Shown here: piece by piece, positions 27,978-37,980 of the stretch | How positions within the stretch are numbered: position 1 is the first letter of the stretch | Layout of the letters: every line of letters starts with the position of its first letter | NCBI GenBank assembly: GCA_963695435.1 | Contig: OY968788.1 | Coordinates: forward strand, 134,330-198,329 | Direction of reading: 5' to 3' | From: an uncultured bacterium | GTDB taxonomy: Bacteria > Patescibacteriota > Kazan-3B-28 | DNA: 64,000 nt | Made by a program: the position numbers and the translations under genes | The notes under the pieces: model-generated | Told to the model about the DNA's origin: nothing | What the model saw: the letters and a program-made list of their open reading frames with translations, nothing else | Database searches by the model: none

Positions 27978-30900
27978 ATGGGTAATGGAGGCAACAATAT
28001 GGAGAAGTTCGAAGTGCCGGATCAAATCTCGGCGGACTTGGTTACTCCAGAAGAGTCGGCTTTGGCTGAATTGATTGGTAAGGCTGAGCAGGCCGATAGA
28101 GAATCTTATGATGGAGCTTTTGTATCCTCTTCGGAGGTTCCTAAGCTGGCAGAAATATCGGATGAATGGGTGATGAGCGAAAGATGCCTTGAAGACCCCG
28201 AATATCTAAAATTTTTAAGTTCGCTAGAACAAGAATATATAGAACCTTCCCTAGAGAAAGGGCCGAAGCTGCTGAAGGATGTGGCTATTTTGTCGATCGA
28301 CTACGAAGGATTTACTCGTTTTGCTCGCCGTCTTACGGAAACAGTAGATTACTCCAAGTATGCCTCTCGCGAGATGGCTAAACACATGAGTTTGGGTTTG
28401 AACGAAGCCAGACGGCTTGTTGGGGCCTACGGGGGAATGATGGATGGTGTATTTGGTGATGGGACATCAGCTATTTTTTATGGCGATAAGGCGGTTGCCA
28501 AGGCAGTCTTGGCTGCTCAGGCGATAGAAGAAAAGATTAAAACATTGCAGGACATTAGTGTTCGTGGTGTTGAAGCTCCTTGGAAGGTACGATTTGGTAT
28601 CTCTTTTGGAGATGCAATGTTGGTTAGTTATGGTGACAACGAAAGAAGGGCAGACCTAACTGGTTCGGTTGTGGCGCAGGCCGAGGACTTGCAAAAAAAG
28701 GCTATCCCAGGCAAGTCCAGTATCGTGCTTTCAGAATCAGCCCAAGGGAAATTGAGCAGTGAGAGCGAGGTGTCATTTAGTGAAGATTTGAACGCCTATG
28801 CAGTGGGCAAGCTGGACAAGAAAGATAAAGAGATTGATCTCACGGAGGGAGGGATGCAGGCACCCCAAGAGCCTGAAGAGATACGCCGTTGGGCGGCTTT
28901 TCGCGAAAAACATTTTAGCCAGACTCGTCGCAAAGAAATAAGAAACCAATACTTCCGCGAACAAGAGCCAGATCCAGACATGCTGCCGATCAGCACTCTT
29001 TTTATACGCTTGAAGGGCTTGGATATGAGCGGAGAAAATTTTGAACAGACCAATTCCTACATGACATCTATTTTTGAAATTGCTAATAATTTTCGCGGTA
29101 AGGTTGATAAAGTACATCACGATTCAGTGATGATCAACTTTGTAGCTGGTGATCATGAGCTTAATAGCGCAATGGCAGCAGTACGAATTAGAGAAGAAAT
29201 AGAAACACTTAGGCAGCAGTTCGATGATTCGAAGCTTGATCCTAAAATGTCATGTACAAAAGGTGATGCCTTTTTGCTGGTCGTTGGCGGGAACAGAACT
29301 GTTTACGGAGAAAGTGTAAACCGAGCCTCACGCTTGCTGTATGCCAATAACCCAGGCGGTGGTTTGGTGGTAGATGAGTCAACCTTTTTGAAAATTAACC
29401 GAGCGCGGGTAGATGCAGAAGCGCTTAGACCGGTAGTGCTGAAAGACTATGAAGATAAACCGATCAACATCTATCTCATAAAGAACATTGAGCAAATAAC
29501 CTTCCGCCATGTTGATGTGGAGAAGGTGGTGGGCTTGGAACGAGAAACAAAATTATTGAATCAGTATTATGACGAGGCTAAGGCCGAAGGACGAGTGGTA
29601 GCGGTCAAAGGTCCTTCTGGTGCTGGTAAAACGCTGTTGGTGGCTCGCTTTATTCACGACAAAGAAGAAAAGGGCGTGAAGGTTATTGAGGGGCGTGCCG
29701 AAAGGTCACGCCAGAACATATCTTTTGCTGTTTGGAGAGATATTTTGGAAAGTGCCTTTGTTGTTCAGAATGTGGCCGACAAGGAAAGAAGGGGGGCAAT
29801 CGTTGAGGAGCATTTTAGGGTCAATGGACTAAGCGATGTCTATGGCGACAAGCTAGCATTGTTCAATGCTGTTTTGGATACAAAATTTAGTGAGACAGAC
29901 GCAACTCGATATCTTTCTACTGATGAGCGGGAAGAAAAAAGAGCCGAACTGATTGCTGAAACATTGAAGAGTTTTGCTAGCTTGAACCAGCCGGCGATTG
30001 TCTTTTTGGAAGATGTTCACTTTTTTGATAAAGACTCGGCTCAACTGGCCGCGAAGGTTATGCCAAAGCTTGAGCAGAATAGTTGTTTGGAAGTTCTGAC
30101 CACTTGGATTGAAGAAGAGGGCGATGAGCGGACAGAGCGATTAATGAACTTCCTAAAAAACCTTTCTCATTTTAGAGAAGTTCCAGTTGAATCTTTGCCG
30201 CTTTATAAAGAAAAGTATTACGATGATATTCCTGCGGCGCGAGAGTGGTGGCATCAAGCCAAAGAGAAATACCTCGCGTTGGCGAGCAATATCGGCATTG
30301 AATTCTTGCCCAGCGATCTTGATGAGAACGATAAAAACTATGAGAAAAAGGACAAGGCCTATGCGAGATTCTTTATTAATGTAGCTAGAACTTCTAAGGG
30401 GGTTCCGCGGCATGTGCTAGAGATATTGGAATATTTCACACTTTACAAGGGACGCGGCAAGGACTATTTCCGAGAGAAAGAACTTTCAGTTGACGGAGAA
30501 TCAAAGGTTTTTTATGCCCTGGGAGAAACTCGTATCGGCGACGAAGACTTGTTTGGCGAAGAGGAAATTAGTGATATTTATAAAATTGAACAACAAAAAC
30601 TGGAGAATCTCGGAGGAGACTCCAAGGCTATCTTGAGGGACGCTTCGGTAGTAGGTATGGTTTTTGACGAGAAGGTCTTGCAACACATATCGGGGTTAAG
30701 CGGAGAGAGAATTCAAAGAGCATTGCGTAACGCAAAAGTGGCTCGCATGGTTCGCTCTTTGGGTGAGGGTGAATGGGAGTTTATCCATGGTGTTACCCAA
30801 CATGCCATCTATGAAAGTATCGGTAAGATTCGTGAACGCCAAGCGAATCACCGGCTGATTGCTGAATATTTAGTAGAGTCCACGCCCGACAGCTTGAGAA

Positions 30901-32351
30901 ATATTGTGCATCACTATCGCCACAGTGATGATTACTTGAATGCGCTGAGATATTTGGATGAATATACTGAACAGCTGAAGAAGGTGCATTTGTGGGGAAC
31001 GGCCTTGGATCAAATTCGGTATGCTACTAATCTAGGTTTCGAGAGCGAAAAAAAGGAAGGTGTCTTTGAAAAAATCCAAGAAAGAGGTTGGCAGGTCTTT
31101 GATGAAACAAAGGGTTTTAGAACCTTGCGGCGTCTGGCCCCAGAGGAGAGGGATTGGCTAGTAGACGGGCAGGCCAAGCGTGCATTTAGGGCGGTATCTA
31201 TTTGGCGAGCTTCAGCAGGTGACAGAAAAAAAGCATTGGCTATTCTTGAATCGGCGAAGAAGGTATTTACAGAAAACCATTCTAGCACCGAAGAAGCTGA
31301 GCCGCATGATCAGATCATTTTGGCTCGTTTCCATAGAGAATTGGGAAAGGATAAAACCTATCTGGCTCTTTATGACGAAGCTCAAGCTGATTTGGATAAG
31401 GCCGGAGAGTTATTGGATGAAGTAGAGGCGGGTTTAGTTAGTAAGGATAGTTTGTTGTCCGACTATCGGGAGATGAGAGCTGATTTGTATGATGCCTTAG
31501 GGTGGCTAAATAAAAGAATGCGTAACTACCCGAAGGCTTTGGAGTGTTATCAAAAAGGGCTTCCATTTTCTGACAATTACGAAACAGAATTCTCTCTTCG
31601 TAACGGACTAGCATTCTCTTATAAAGACTTGGGCAGACCCAAGAAGGCACAAGACACATATGCAAAACTGTTAGAGTTGGCGGAGAGGGAGAATGATAAG
31701 GGGAACTTAGTAGTGATACTGAACAATAGCGCTAGTTTGAATGCTAGAATGGGGCGTCTGGAAGAGGCCGAGGGACTTCATAGAAGAGCAATAGAGCTAG
31801 GGGAACAAATATCTAAGACAACTAGTGTCTATTACTCTAAAGGTGGGCTGGCTTTCATTCTACGAATGAAAGGAGAGTATGAAAAGGCAGCTGATTTGTT
31901 TCGAGAATCTTCAGAATTTTTTGGCGACAGAGGGTCATCATATAATGCGAATGTTTCTAGGGCAGAGCTTGCTTTTTGTTTAATAAAATCGGGTGAGTTG
32001 GCTGAAGCGGAGCAAATTATAGATGGGCTAAGAAATAGTAAAGAAGCTCTTTTCCGGGGTAGGTCATATACCTTGGGAGCGATGATGGATATAGGGAGAG
32101 AGGGCTATCAAGTAGACGAGGAAATTTTGAGGGAATTTAATCGGGGAGTGGAACTTCTGAAAGAAAGCGGCAAAGAAGATGACTTGGCCTTTGATCTTTT
32201 GTACTTTGGTGAGCTTGAGATAGAAAACGGAAGAACAGAGGAAGGGTTGACAAAAGTAAGGGAAGCGAAAGATATTTACGAAAGAATCCAGGATTTGTCA
32301 GAGATGGGGAAGATAGAAAAAATATTGAAACGGTATCCTGCGGGGGAGTAG
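27978..32351 (+). CDS. tandem class III nucleotide cyclase - P-loop ATPase (STAND) - TPR protein
   Basis: IDYEGFT..FGDG..RFGIS; second domain KVDKV..VYGESVNRASRL; GPSGAGKT, LEDVH; EFIHGVTQHAIY; C-terminal TPRs. Confidence 0.85.
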   Translation: MGNGGNNMEKFEVPDQISADLVTPEESALAELIGKAEQADRESYDGAFVSSSEVPKLAEISDEWVMSERCLEDPEYLKFLSSLEQEYIEPSLEKGPKLLKDVAILSIDYEGFTRFARRLTETVDYSKYASREMAKHMSLGLNEARRLVGAYGGMMDGVFGDGTSAIFYGDKAVAKAVLAAQAIEEKIKTLQDISVRGVEAPWKVRFGISFGDAMLVSYGDNERRADLTGSVVAQAEDLQKKAIPGKSSIVLSESAQGKLSSESEVSFSEDLNAYAVGKLDKKDKEIDLTEGGMQAPQEPEEIRRWAAFREKHFSQTRRKEIRNQYFREQEPDPDMLPISTLFIRLKGLDMSGENFEQTNSYMTSIFEIANNFRGKVDKVHHDSVMINFVAGDHELNSAMAAVRIREEIETLRQQFDDSKLDPKMSCTKGDAFLLVVGGNRTVYGESVNRASRLLYANNPGGGLVVDESTFLKINRARVDAEALRPVVLKDYEDKPINIYLIKNIEQITFRHVDVEKVVGLERETKLLNQYYDEAKAEGRVVAVKGPSGAGKTLLVARFIHDKEEKGVKVIEGRAERSRQNISFAVWRDILESAFVVQNVADKERRGAIVEEHFRVNGLSDVYGDKLALFNAVLDTKFSETDATRYLSTDEREEKRAELIAETLKSFASLNQPAIVFLEDVHFFDKDSAQLAAKVMPKLEQNSCLEVLTTWIEEEGDERTERLMNFLKNLSHFREVPVESLPLYKEKYYDDIPAAREWWHQAKEKYLALASNIGIEFLPSDLDENDKNYEKKDKAYARFFINVARTSKGVPRHVLEILEYFTLYKGRGKDYFREKELSVDGESKVFYALGETRIGDEDLFGEEEISDIYKIEQQKLENLGGDSKAILRDASVVGMVFDEKVLQHISGLSGERIQRALRNAKVARMVRSLGEGEWEFIHGVTQHAIYESIGKIRERQANHRLIAEYLVESTPDSLRNIVHHYRHSDDYLNALRYLDEYTEQLKKVHLWGTALDQIRYATNLGFESEKKEGVFEKIQERGWQVFDETKGFRTLRRLAPEERDWLVDGQAKRAFRAVSIWRASAGDRKKALAILESAKKVFTENHSSTEEAEPHDQIILARFHRELGKDKTYLALYDEAQADLDKAGELLDEVEAGLVSKDSLLSDYREMRADLYDALGWLNKRMRNYPKALECYQKGLPFSDNYETEFSLRNGLAFSYKDLGRPKKAQDTYAKLLELAERENDKGNLVVILNNSASLNARMGRLEEAEGLHRRAIELGEQISKTTSVYYSKGGLAFILRMKGEYEKAADLFRESSEFFGDRGSSYNANVSRAELAFCLIKSGELAEAEQIIDGLRNSKEALFRGRSYTLGAMMDIGREGYQVDEEILREFNRGVELLKESGKEDDLAFDLLYFGELEIENGRTEEGLTKVREAKDIYERIQDLSEMGKIEKILKRYPAGE

Positions 32352-32428
32352 AGATCTGGGATTTACTTTAGAAACTAAAACAGCCCCGAATGATATTCGG
32401 AGCCGTTTTGACTGTTTAAAGGTTTTAC

Positions 32429-32626
32429 TTATCTTGTTGCTTCTTCGTCATCAAAACTTGCGCCTATCGTTGAAGAGGGTACAGGTCGTGTTCCTGTTGG
32501 TGTCGGAGTAGTATTTTTGATTGAGGCAGCCAAAGAATAACCAACTATGACTCCCAAGAGTAGGACTATGGCGAGGACGACTATTAGTTCTTTTTCTGCA
32601 AGTTTTAGTAAACTCTTTTTGTTCAT
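32429..32626 (-). CDS. small membrane protein
   Basis: Single TM helix; termini paralogous to the upstream gene. Confidence 0.65.
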   Translation of the reverse strand: MNKKSLLKLAEKELIVVLAIVLLLGVIVGYSLAASIKNTTPTPTGTRPVPSSTIGASFDDEEATR

Positions 32627-32629
32627 GAT

Positions 32630-34003
32630 TTATTGCATCGTTTCTTCCTCATCAAGGCTTGAGCCAAGTGGGTTGGCGCTGGAGCCTTTGGCGCCACCCA
32701 AGAGATTGCCAAAGAATGTAATTATGGTTTTGATGGCGCTGGGTTTTTCGACAACAACTTTGCCGGCAGAATCAAAAATCTTTGTACCAACAGCTATTTG
32801 TTTAAAGTCGTTGATTATTTGATTAAATCCGACTTGAAGTTTGGTAATAGCTTTTTGAGTTGCAGTCATGCCAGTAGTGACGGTATTAAGTTCTGCTTGA
32901 GAAACGACGGTAGAGTTTGTGGCTTCTACACGTGCGATAACTGCGGCATCAGAGAACAAAGTCGTGGTAGCGACTGAAGGTGTGATAGTAGTAGGAGCTG
33001 GGGTAGTGGTAGAAGCGCTAGCTGGACCAGCTAGAATGTTGCTGATTGCGTCGAGCAAAGTTTGCTTGGATGTGTCGTCAGTAGTTGTGGTTGGAGTAGT
33101 AGCAGTTGGTGTAGTTGTGCTTGGTGTAGTAGTGGCTGGAGTGACGGCTACAGGTTCTGGAACAACAGTAATACTGGCAGATGCAGATTTGCCATCTGCT
33201 GTAACTTTCACTGTTATGACGCCAGCCTCCGTTGTGGTGACTAACCCATCCTGATTTATCGTTGCAATTCCGTTTGGAATAGTAGCAAGACTCCACTTGA
33301 GGGGCAGTTGGCTGGAAGATATTGAAGAGCCGACTTGGTCCGTAGCTATGACAACGAATCTGCGGCTTTCTCCAGCAAGCATTTTTGTGGTAGAGGGGAG
33401 CACTGCGAGAGTTGCGACTGTATCAGCTGATACTGAAGGAGCAGCGCTTGGAGGGTTGATGCTAAGAGCGCGAATGGAATGAGTACCACCTACAAAATTA
33501 AGAGTCAATTCATTTGCGCCTGTGATAACTACTGGTTGACTTGAGCTAACAATATTAATTCCATTTAAGCTGATGCCACCGACATTACCCCAAGCATAAA
33601 TTGCACCGCTGAATGGGCTACCAAGTTTGATAGAAGCGGTGTATTTTTCACCTACAACGGTACCAGCCATACCTTTATTAGCGAGAGTGGAGACGCTGGA
33701 AGGAGTAAGTGTTAGTCTTCTAACACGATAAGTGTTTGTATCGCTGAGGATTGCGGGGTCAAAGGATAAAGTACTGTATGTAGTAGTACCTATAGTAAAA
33801 GCACTAGTTTCAGCATCTTGGGCGGTTAGGGCGGCGGAAGTAACGGCTTCGGTGCCAGCTAAGGTGTAGCCGACCACGGCCGCGAGCAATATAAGAATAG
33901 CTAGAGTAGCTTCTAGCTCCCGTTCGACCCAACCAATCCCCCGGTGGAGAAAGTTGTGCTTTTTCATATGTGTTTTTATTTTTGTTGGCGCTATTTTTGC
34001 CAA
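32630..34003 (-). CDS. surface protein with Ig-like (Big_2-type) domain and Thr/Pro-rich linker
   Basis: N-terminal TM, WS..IATINQDGLVT..G.ITVKVTADGKSASASITV, TTP repeats; alternative start ATG 33967. Confidence 0.75.
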   Translation of the reverse strand: MAKIAPTKIKTHMKKHNFLHRGIGWVERELEATLAILILLAAVVGYTLAGTEAVTSAALTAQDAETSAFTIGTTTYSTLSFDPAILSDTNTYRVRRLTLTPSSVSTLANKGMAGTVVGEKYTASIKLGSPFSGAIYAWGNVGGISLNGINIVSSSQPVVITGANELTLNFVGGTHSIRALSINPPSAAPSVSADTVATLAVLPSTTKMLAGESRRFVVIATDQVGSSISSSQLPLKWSLATIPNGIATINQDGLVTTTEAGVITVKVTADGKSASASITVVPEPVAVTPATTTPSTTTPTATTPTTTTDDTSKQTLLDAISNILAGPASASTTTPAPTTITPSVATTTLFSDAAVIARVEATNSTVVSQAELNTVTTGMTATQKAITKLQVGFNQIINDFKQIAVGTKIFDSAGKVVVEKPSAIKTIITFFGNLLGGAKGSSANPLGSSLDEEETMQ

Positions 34004-34172
34004 CTTATTATTTCATTTTAGCACAAAAGAGAGATTGTGTCAAGATAGGGCGAGGAGAGAGTGTGGAGTGGGAGTTGATTTTTTGGGGGGAACAGGGTAG
34101 ATTGGGGGCTGTGGTAAGCGAGTTATGAGTAATGAGTTACGAGTAATGAGCGAAGCCACGGGATATATAGTA

Positions 34173-34247
34173 TAGATCCTTCCCCCGACAAGTCGGGGTC
34201 GAGGATGACAAATTTTTATGAGATTCTGAAATAAATTCAGAATGACG
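34173..34247. repeat. two REP-like right half-sites (...GATGAC / ...AATGAC)
   Basis: gatccttccccgacaagtcggggtcgaggatgaca; gattctgaaataaattcagaatgacg. Confidence 0.65.
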
Positions 34248-34260
34248 GGATAATACATAT

Positions 34261-35574
34261 ATGTTTAAACGGGTTGCTGTAATTAGTTTGATTGTGATTG
34301 CCCTGATTGGGTCGGCGATTGTCGATTTTCCTTCAGTGGCGAATTTTGTGGGTCTTAAGAGCAATTTCAAAATCCGCGAGGGTTTGGATTTGCAGGGAGG
34401 CACACAGCTTGTTTATCAAACTGATTTGTCGAAAGTAAAACCTGCCGATCAAGCCAATGCGGCGCAAGGTGTGGTGGAAGTCATTGATAAACGAATTAAC
34501 GCGCTTGGTGTGACGGAACCGTCAATTCAGAAGACGCGTGATAATTCGCGAGTGATTGTGGAACTGCCGGGTATTAAAGATATTGATTCCGCTATCAAGC
34601 TGATTGGTCAAACGGCACAACTGGAGTTTCGTGAAGGGATTGAGGGGAAGAGCCTGAAGGACGGTAAATATAGTTCTCCAAATTATGACGATTGGAAAGA
34701 CACAGGACTGACCGGTGCTCATTTTGCAAAGGCGGAAGTTCAATTCCAGCAGGGGCAAAGTACTGTTGTGCCGAAGCCTGAAATCAGTATTCAGTTTGAT
34801 GCAGAAGGCAGAAAGCTTTTTGCGGAAATTACAGGCAGAAATGTAGATAAACCGTTGGCGATTTTCTTGGATAAGAACTTGTTGTCTGCTCCGAATGTGG
34901 AGGAGAAAATCGATAGCGAATCGGCCGTGATATCTGGCAGTTTTGATTTGCAGGAGGCGAAGACTTTGGCGATTCAGCTCAATGCTGGTGCGTTGCCTGT
35001 GCCAATTACGCTGGTGTCGCAGAACAATGTCGGTGCCACGATGGGAACAGAATCGGTGCAGAAAAGCATTGTGGCGGGGCTTCTCGGGCTTCTGCTGGTT
35101 ATTTTATTTATGATAATTTACTATCGCCTGCCAGGATTTTTGGCATCATTGGCGTTGCTTTTCTACGCGATGCTTACCATGGCGATTTTCATTGCGATTC
35201 CAGTGACGATTACTTTGCCTGGTATCGCTGGTTTCATTCTATCTATAGGGATGGCGATTGATGCCAACATTTTGATATTTGAGAGGACAAAAGAAGAATT
35301 GCGGTCTGGTGCGCCGTTGATTTCGGCAATTGATACCGGTTTCAATCGGGCGTGGAGCTCAATTCGTGATTCTAACTTCTCTTCTCTTATTACCGCGGTC
35401 ATTCTTTATTATTTTGGTTCGGGAATGATTAAAGGATTTGCAATGACTTTGGGTCTTGGTATTTTGGTGAGCTTGTTCACTGCACTGACAGTTACGCATA
35501 CTATTTTGCGGGCAGTAGCGGGGACGAGTTTGAAGAATAAAATGAGCTGGTGGATGGCGGGAGTGAAGCAATGA
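34261..35574 (+). CDS. secD: protein translocase subunit SecD
   Basis: GLDLQGG, LGVTEP, LNAGALP, GMAIDANILIFERTKEE. Confidence 0.97.
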   Translation: MFKRVAVISLIVIALIGSAIVDFPSVANFVGLKSNFKIREGLDLQGGTQLVYQTDLSKVKPADQANAAQGVVEVIDKRINALGVTEPSIQKTRDNSRVIVELPGIKDIDSAIKLIGQTAQLEFREGIEGKSLKDGKYSSPNYDDWKDTGLTGAHFAKAEVQFQQGQSTVVPKPEISIQFDAEGRKLFAEITGRNVDKPLAIFLDKNLLSAPNVEEKIDSESAVISGSFDLQEAKTLAIQLNAGALPVPITLVSQNNVGATMGTESVQKSIVAGLLGLLLVILFMIIYYRLPGFLASLALLFYAMLTMAIFIAIPVTITLPGIAGFILSIGMAIDANILIFERTKEELRSGAPLISAIDTGFNRAWSSIRDSNFSSLITAVILYYFGSGMIKGFAMTLGLGILVSLFTALTVTHTILRAVAGTSLKNKMSWWMAGVKQ

Positions 35575-36503
35575 ATATTGTAAAAGCGACAAGAGTTTGG
35601 TTGGGAATCTCCTCCGTACTGGTGGTGGCGAGTTTGGTTGTTATTTTCACATTCCGCTATCACTTAGGGACTGATTTTGCTGGTGGTACCGCTTTGGAAG
35701 TACAGACTGGTCCAGCTAGTACCTATCAATTGCCAGCAAATACGGGTATCAACCAATATCTGACTACTACATATAAGGAAGCGACGGGGCAAGATGGGAT
35801 TGTACAGAGTGCCGGAAGCGCGGAGCGGTTTATTTTGCGGAGCAAGACAATTACCAATGACCAGAAAAATGCGTGGCTGACTAAAGCCAAAACAGGTATT
35901 CCTGCTCTCACTGAAATGCAGTTTACCAGCGTGAGTCCGACTGTGGGTGCGGATGTTGTGCGTAAGGCTATCTTAGCGGTAATCGTAGCAATGCTGGCGA
36001 TTCTACTTTATTTGGCATATGCCTTCCGCAAAGTTCCAAAGCCGACTAACTCATGGCGATTTGGTGTGACAGCCGTAGCAGCTTTGCTTGCTCATGACGT
36101 TATTATTTTGCTGGGTGTGTATTCCCTCTTGAGTCATTTCTTTGGAGCGGAAGTGGACAGCATGTTTATTACGGCGCTTCTGACTCTGCTTGGTTTTTCG
36201 GTGCATGACACTATCGTTACTTACGACAGACTACGGGAGAATTTGATTCGCAAAGGTGCTTCTAATTTTGAACAAACAGTAAACGACAGTATTGTGGAAA
36301 CTATTACTCGTTCTATCAACACCACATTTACTTTGGTGCTGGTGCTTCTCGCAATGACATTGATGGGCGGACGGAGTACTTTCTTCTTTACGCTGTCACT
36401 TTTGATTGGTGTGATATTGGGGACTTACTCTTCAATTTTTGTAGCATCACCGCTACTTCTTATGTGGCAAAAGGCGGCTGACCGGCAAAAACCAGTACAG
36501 TAG
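35571..36503 (+). CDS. secF: protein translocase subunit SecF
   Basis: GTDFAGG, GFSVHDTIVTYDRLREN, GTYSSIFVA. Confidence 0.97.
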   Translation: MNIVKATRVWLGISSVLVVASLVVIFTFRYHLGTDFAGGTALEVQTGPASTYQLPANTGINQYLTTTYKEATGQDGIVQSAGSAERFILRSKTITNDQKNAWLTKAKTGIPALTEMQFTSVSPTVGADVVRKAILAVIVAMLAILLYLAYAFRKVPKPTNSWRFGVTAVAALLAHDVIILLGVYSLLSHFFGAEVDSMFITALLTLLGFSVHDTIVTYDRLRENLIRKGASNFEQTVNDSIVETITRSINTTFTLVLVLLAMTLMGGRSTFFFTLSLLIGVILGTYSSIFVASPLLLMWQKAADRQKPVQ

Positions 36504-36554
36504 ATTTTTCTTTTTCTTTATTCTTTTTTGTCATTCTGAACTTATTTCAGAATC

Positions 36555-36790
36555 TTTTTATTTATTTTTTCCAGCACTCACGCCGTGCTGATGGTGGCGG
36601 TTACTTTTCTAGAAAAGTAACACAAAAGTTCCCGCCAGTCGTCGGGATTGTTCGCCCCTGCCTACCGGTAGGCAGGTAACAAAATTAGCTTTCTTCGCTA
36701 TCGGCAAACTCCCCCGATAGCCATCGGGGTCAAACATGCCTTCGCCTGCGCTAATTTTGTCGGCTCAATACATCCCTCCTCCAATGGCGG
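36555..36790. repeat. GTTACTTT/AAAGTAAC structured element, copy 3 (nested cctgcctaccggtaggcagg palindrome)
   Basis: gttacttttctagaaaagtaac, cgccagtcg...ctccaatggcgg as in copy 1; preceded by REP half-site at 36529-36555. Confidence 0.7.
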
Positions 36791-36811
36791 ACTAAAGAAA
36801 GGATGGGGGAT

Positions 36812-36842
36812 AAAAAACAGTCCTGCACTTGGGGCAGGACTG
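36812..36842 (-). terminator. intrinsic terminator (minus strand)
   Basis: cagtcctgc/gcaggactg stem with A-run on the plus-strand 5' side. Confidence 0.7.
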
Positions 36843-36920
36843 CTTGGTTCGGGTGGAGATGAGCTACAACCGTATCTGGCGAAAGGCGCGGTGGTACTTT
36901 TCCGAACCAACGGACAAAGG

Positions 36921-37097
36921 TGCGGCTGTTTTTTGCGATGGGAGGAGTTGGAAATTATTTTTTCCAGAAGTCCAGTGTCGGGTGTGTGAATATCAAGGGG
37001 GGATGAGGGGTAGACCGAGTATCCCTAGCAGGAGGGCTGGTCTACATTGAAGCCGACATTGGAATATCTCCGCACCTAATCGCAAAAATGTGCCGCA
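36921..37097 (-). ncRNA. candidate rod-shaped ncRNA (6S-like)
   Basis: Nested stems 36921-26/37092-97, 36930-39/37079-88, 36971-81/37053-63, 37010-16/37039-45; promoter TTGCCT-16-TACAAT at 37129-37102. Confidence 0.5.
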
Positions 37098-37138
37098 ATG
37101 AATTGTAGCACTTATCTGATAGTAGGCAATAGAGGGTC

Positions 37139-37909
37139 TTATTTTGGCGAAATGTGTTCTTCGGTGACTTGGTCAACGGCGTAGCGGTATTTGCAATAAT
37201 CACAGTCAGGATCGGGGTCAGGAATCTCGTCTGACATTAGACAATCCTTTATTTTCACCAGAGTCTGGTCAATCCAGTCGGTTTTACCGATGTAGGGGAT
37301 TACCTTGATGTCGAATTCTAATTTGCCATCAAATGCCGCGAGGTCTTTTTTGCCATTGCAGTAAACAAAGTAGGCGGTATCGGAAACTTCAAATCCGTTT
37401 TTGCGGAAAAGCCATTGGTAGATTTCTACCTGCCGTTTGTAGCCATCTTGCCACTCGGCATCCAATGTTACTTCTTTTTCTTTGCTGGTGGCTTTGTAGT
37501 CCACAATCATTATTTCGCCTTTGGGGTTTACCCAAACATCATCGATGCCGCCGTAAATTTTTAGGTTGGTGGCAGGGTCGATGTATTGAATACCAGAACG
37601 CGCGTTACGCCAGACCTCTAAGTCTTCGTGGGAATATGGTACGGCATCAATCCCATAAGCTGACATCAGTGGATGCGGAGTGCCGTTAGCGCGGTGTATA
37701 TCAAATTCTTTTTTGAGAAGATGATCCACGGCCGAGTTCAAAGTAAAGGGATAGCCCGGTGGCTGACCGACGCCCAAACGAATATCAATATAAAAACAAC
37801 GCGGACATTTGATAAAGTTGTCGATTTTGCTTCGGCTAAGTTTTTGAGGGGTTTCCCCGTTTGGATCAAAGAGGTCTCGGGTACGTTTTCCTGTGTAGTA
37901 TTCAGACAT
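37139..37909 (-). CDS. PD-(D/E)XK nuclease (Cas4/RecB-like, stand-alone)
   Basis: LSRSKI..CPRC, GGIDD, IVDYKAT, QVEIY, CDYC. Confidence 0.85.
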   Translation of the reverse strand: MSEYYTGKRTRDLFDPNGETPQKLSRSKIDNFIKCPRCFYIDIRLGVGQPPGYPFTLNSAVDHLLKKEFDIHRANGTPHPLMSAYGIDAVPYSHEDLEVWRNARSGIQYIDPATNLKIYGGIDDVWVNPKGEIMIVDYKATSKEKEVTLDAEWQDGYKRQVEIYQWLFRKNGFEVSDTAYFVYCNGKKDLAAFDGKLEFDIKVIPYIGKTDWIDQTLVKIKDCLMSDEIPDPDPDCDYCKYRYAVDQVTEEHISPK

Positions 37910-37980
37910 GATGACTCCTTAAAATTTACGCTTTCATATCATATCACACCCCTTGAGGCGGTATGATAATATAACAAGGT

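Noticed and set aside
36829-37050. 73-aa plus-strand ORF
   Set aside because: Starts inside a terminator hairpin and has no recognisable features; the region is better explained as structured RNA.
14936-37909. CRISPR-Cas system from the Cas2-like and Cas4-like genes
   Set aside because: The genes are 22 kb apart, with no cas1 and no repeat-spacer array; the 34-bp repeat occurs only twice and flanks a gene.
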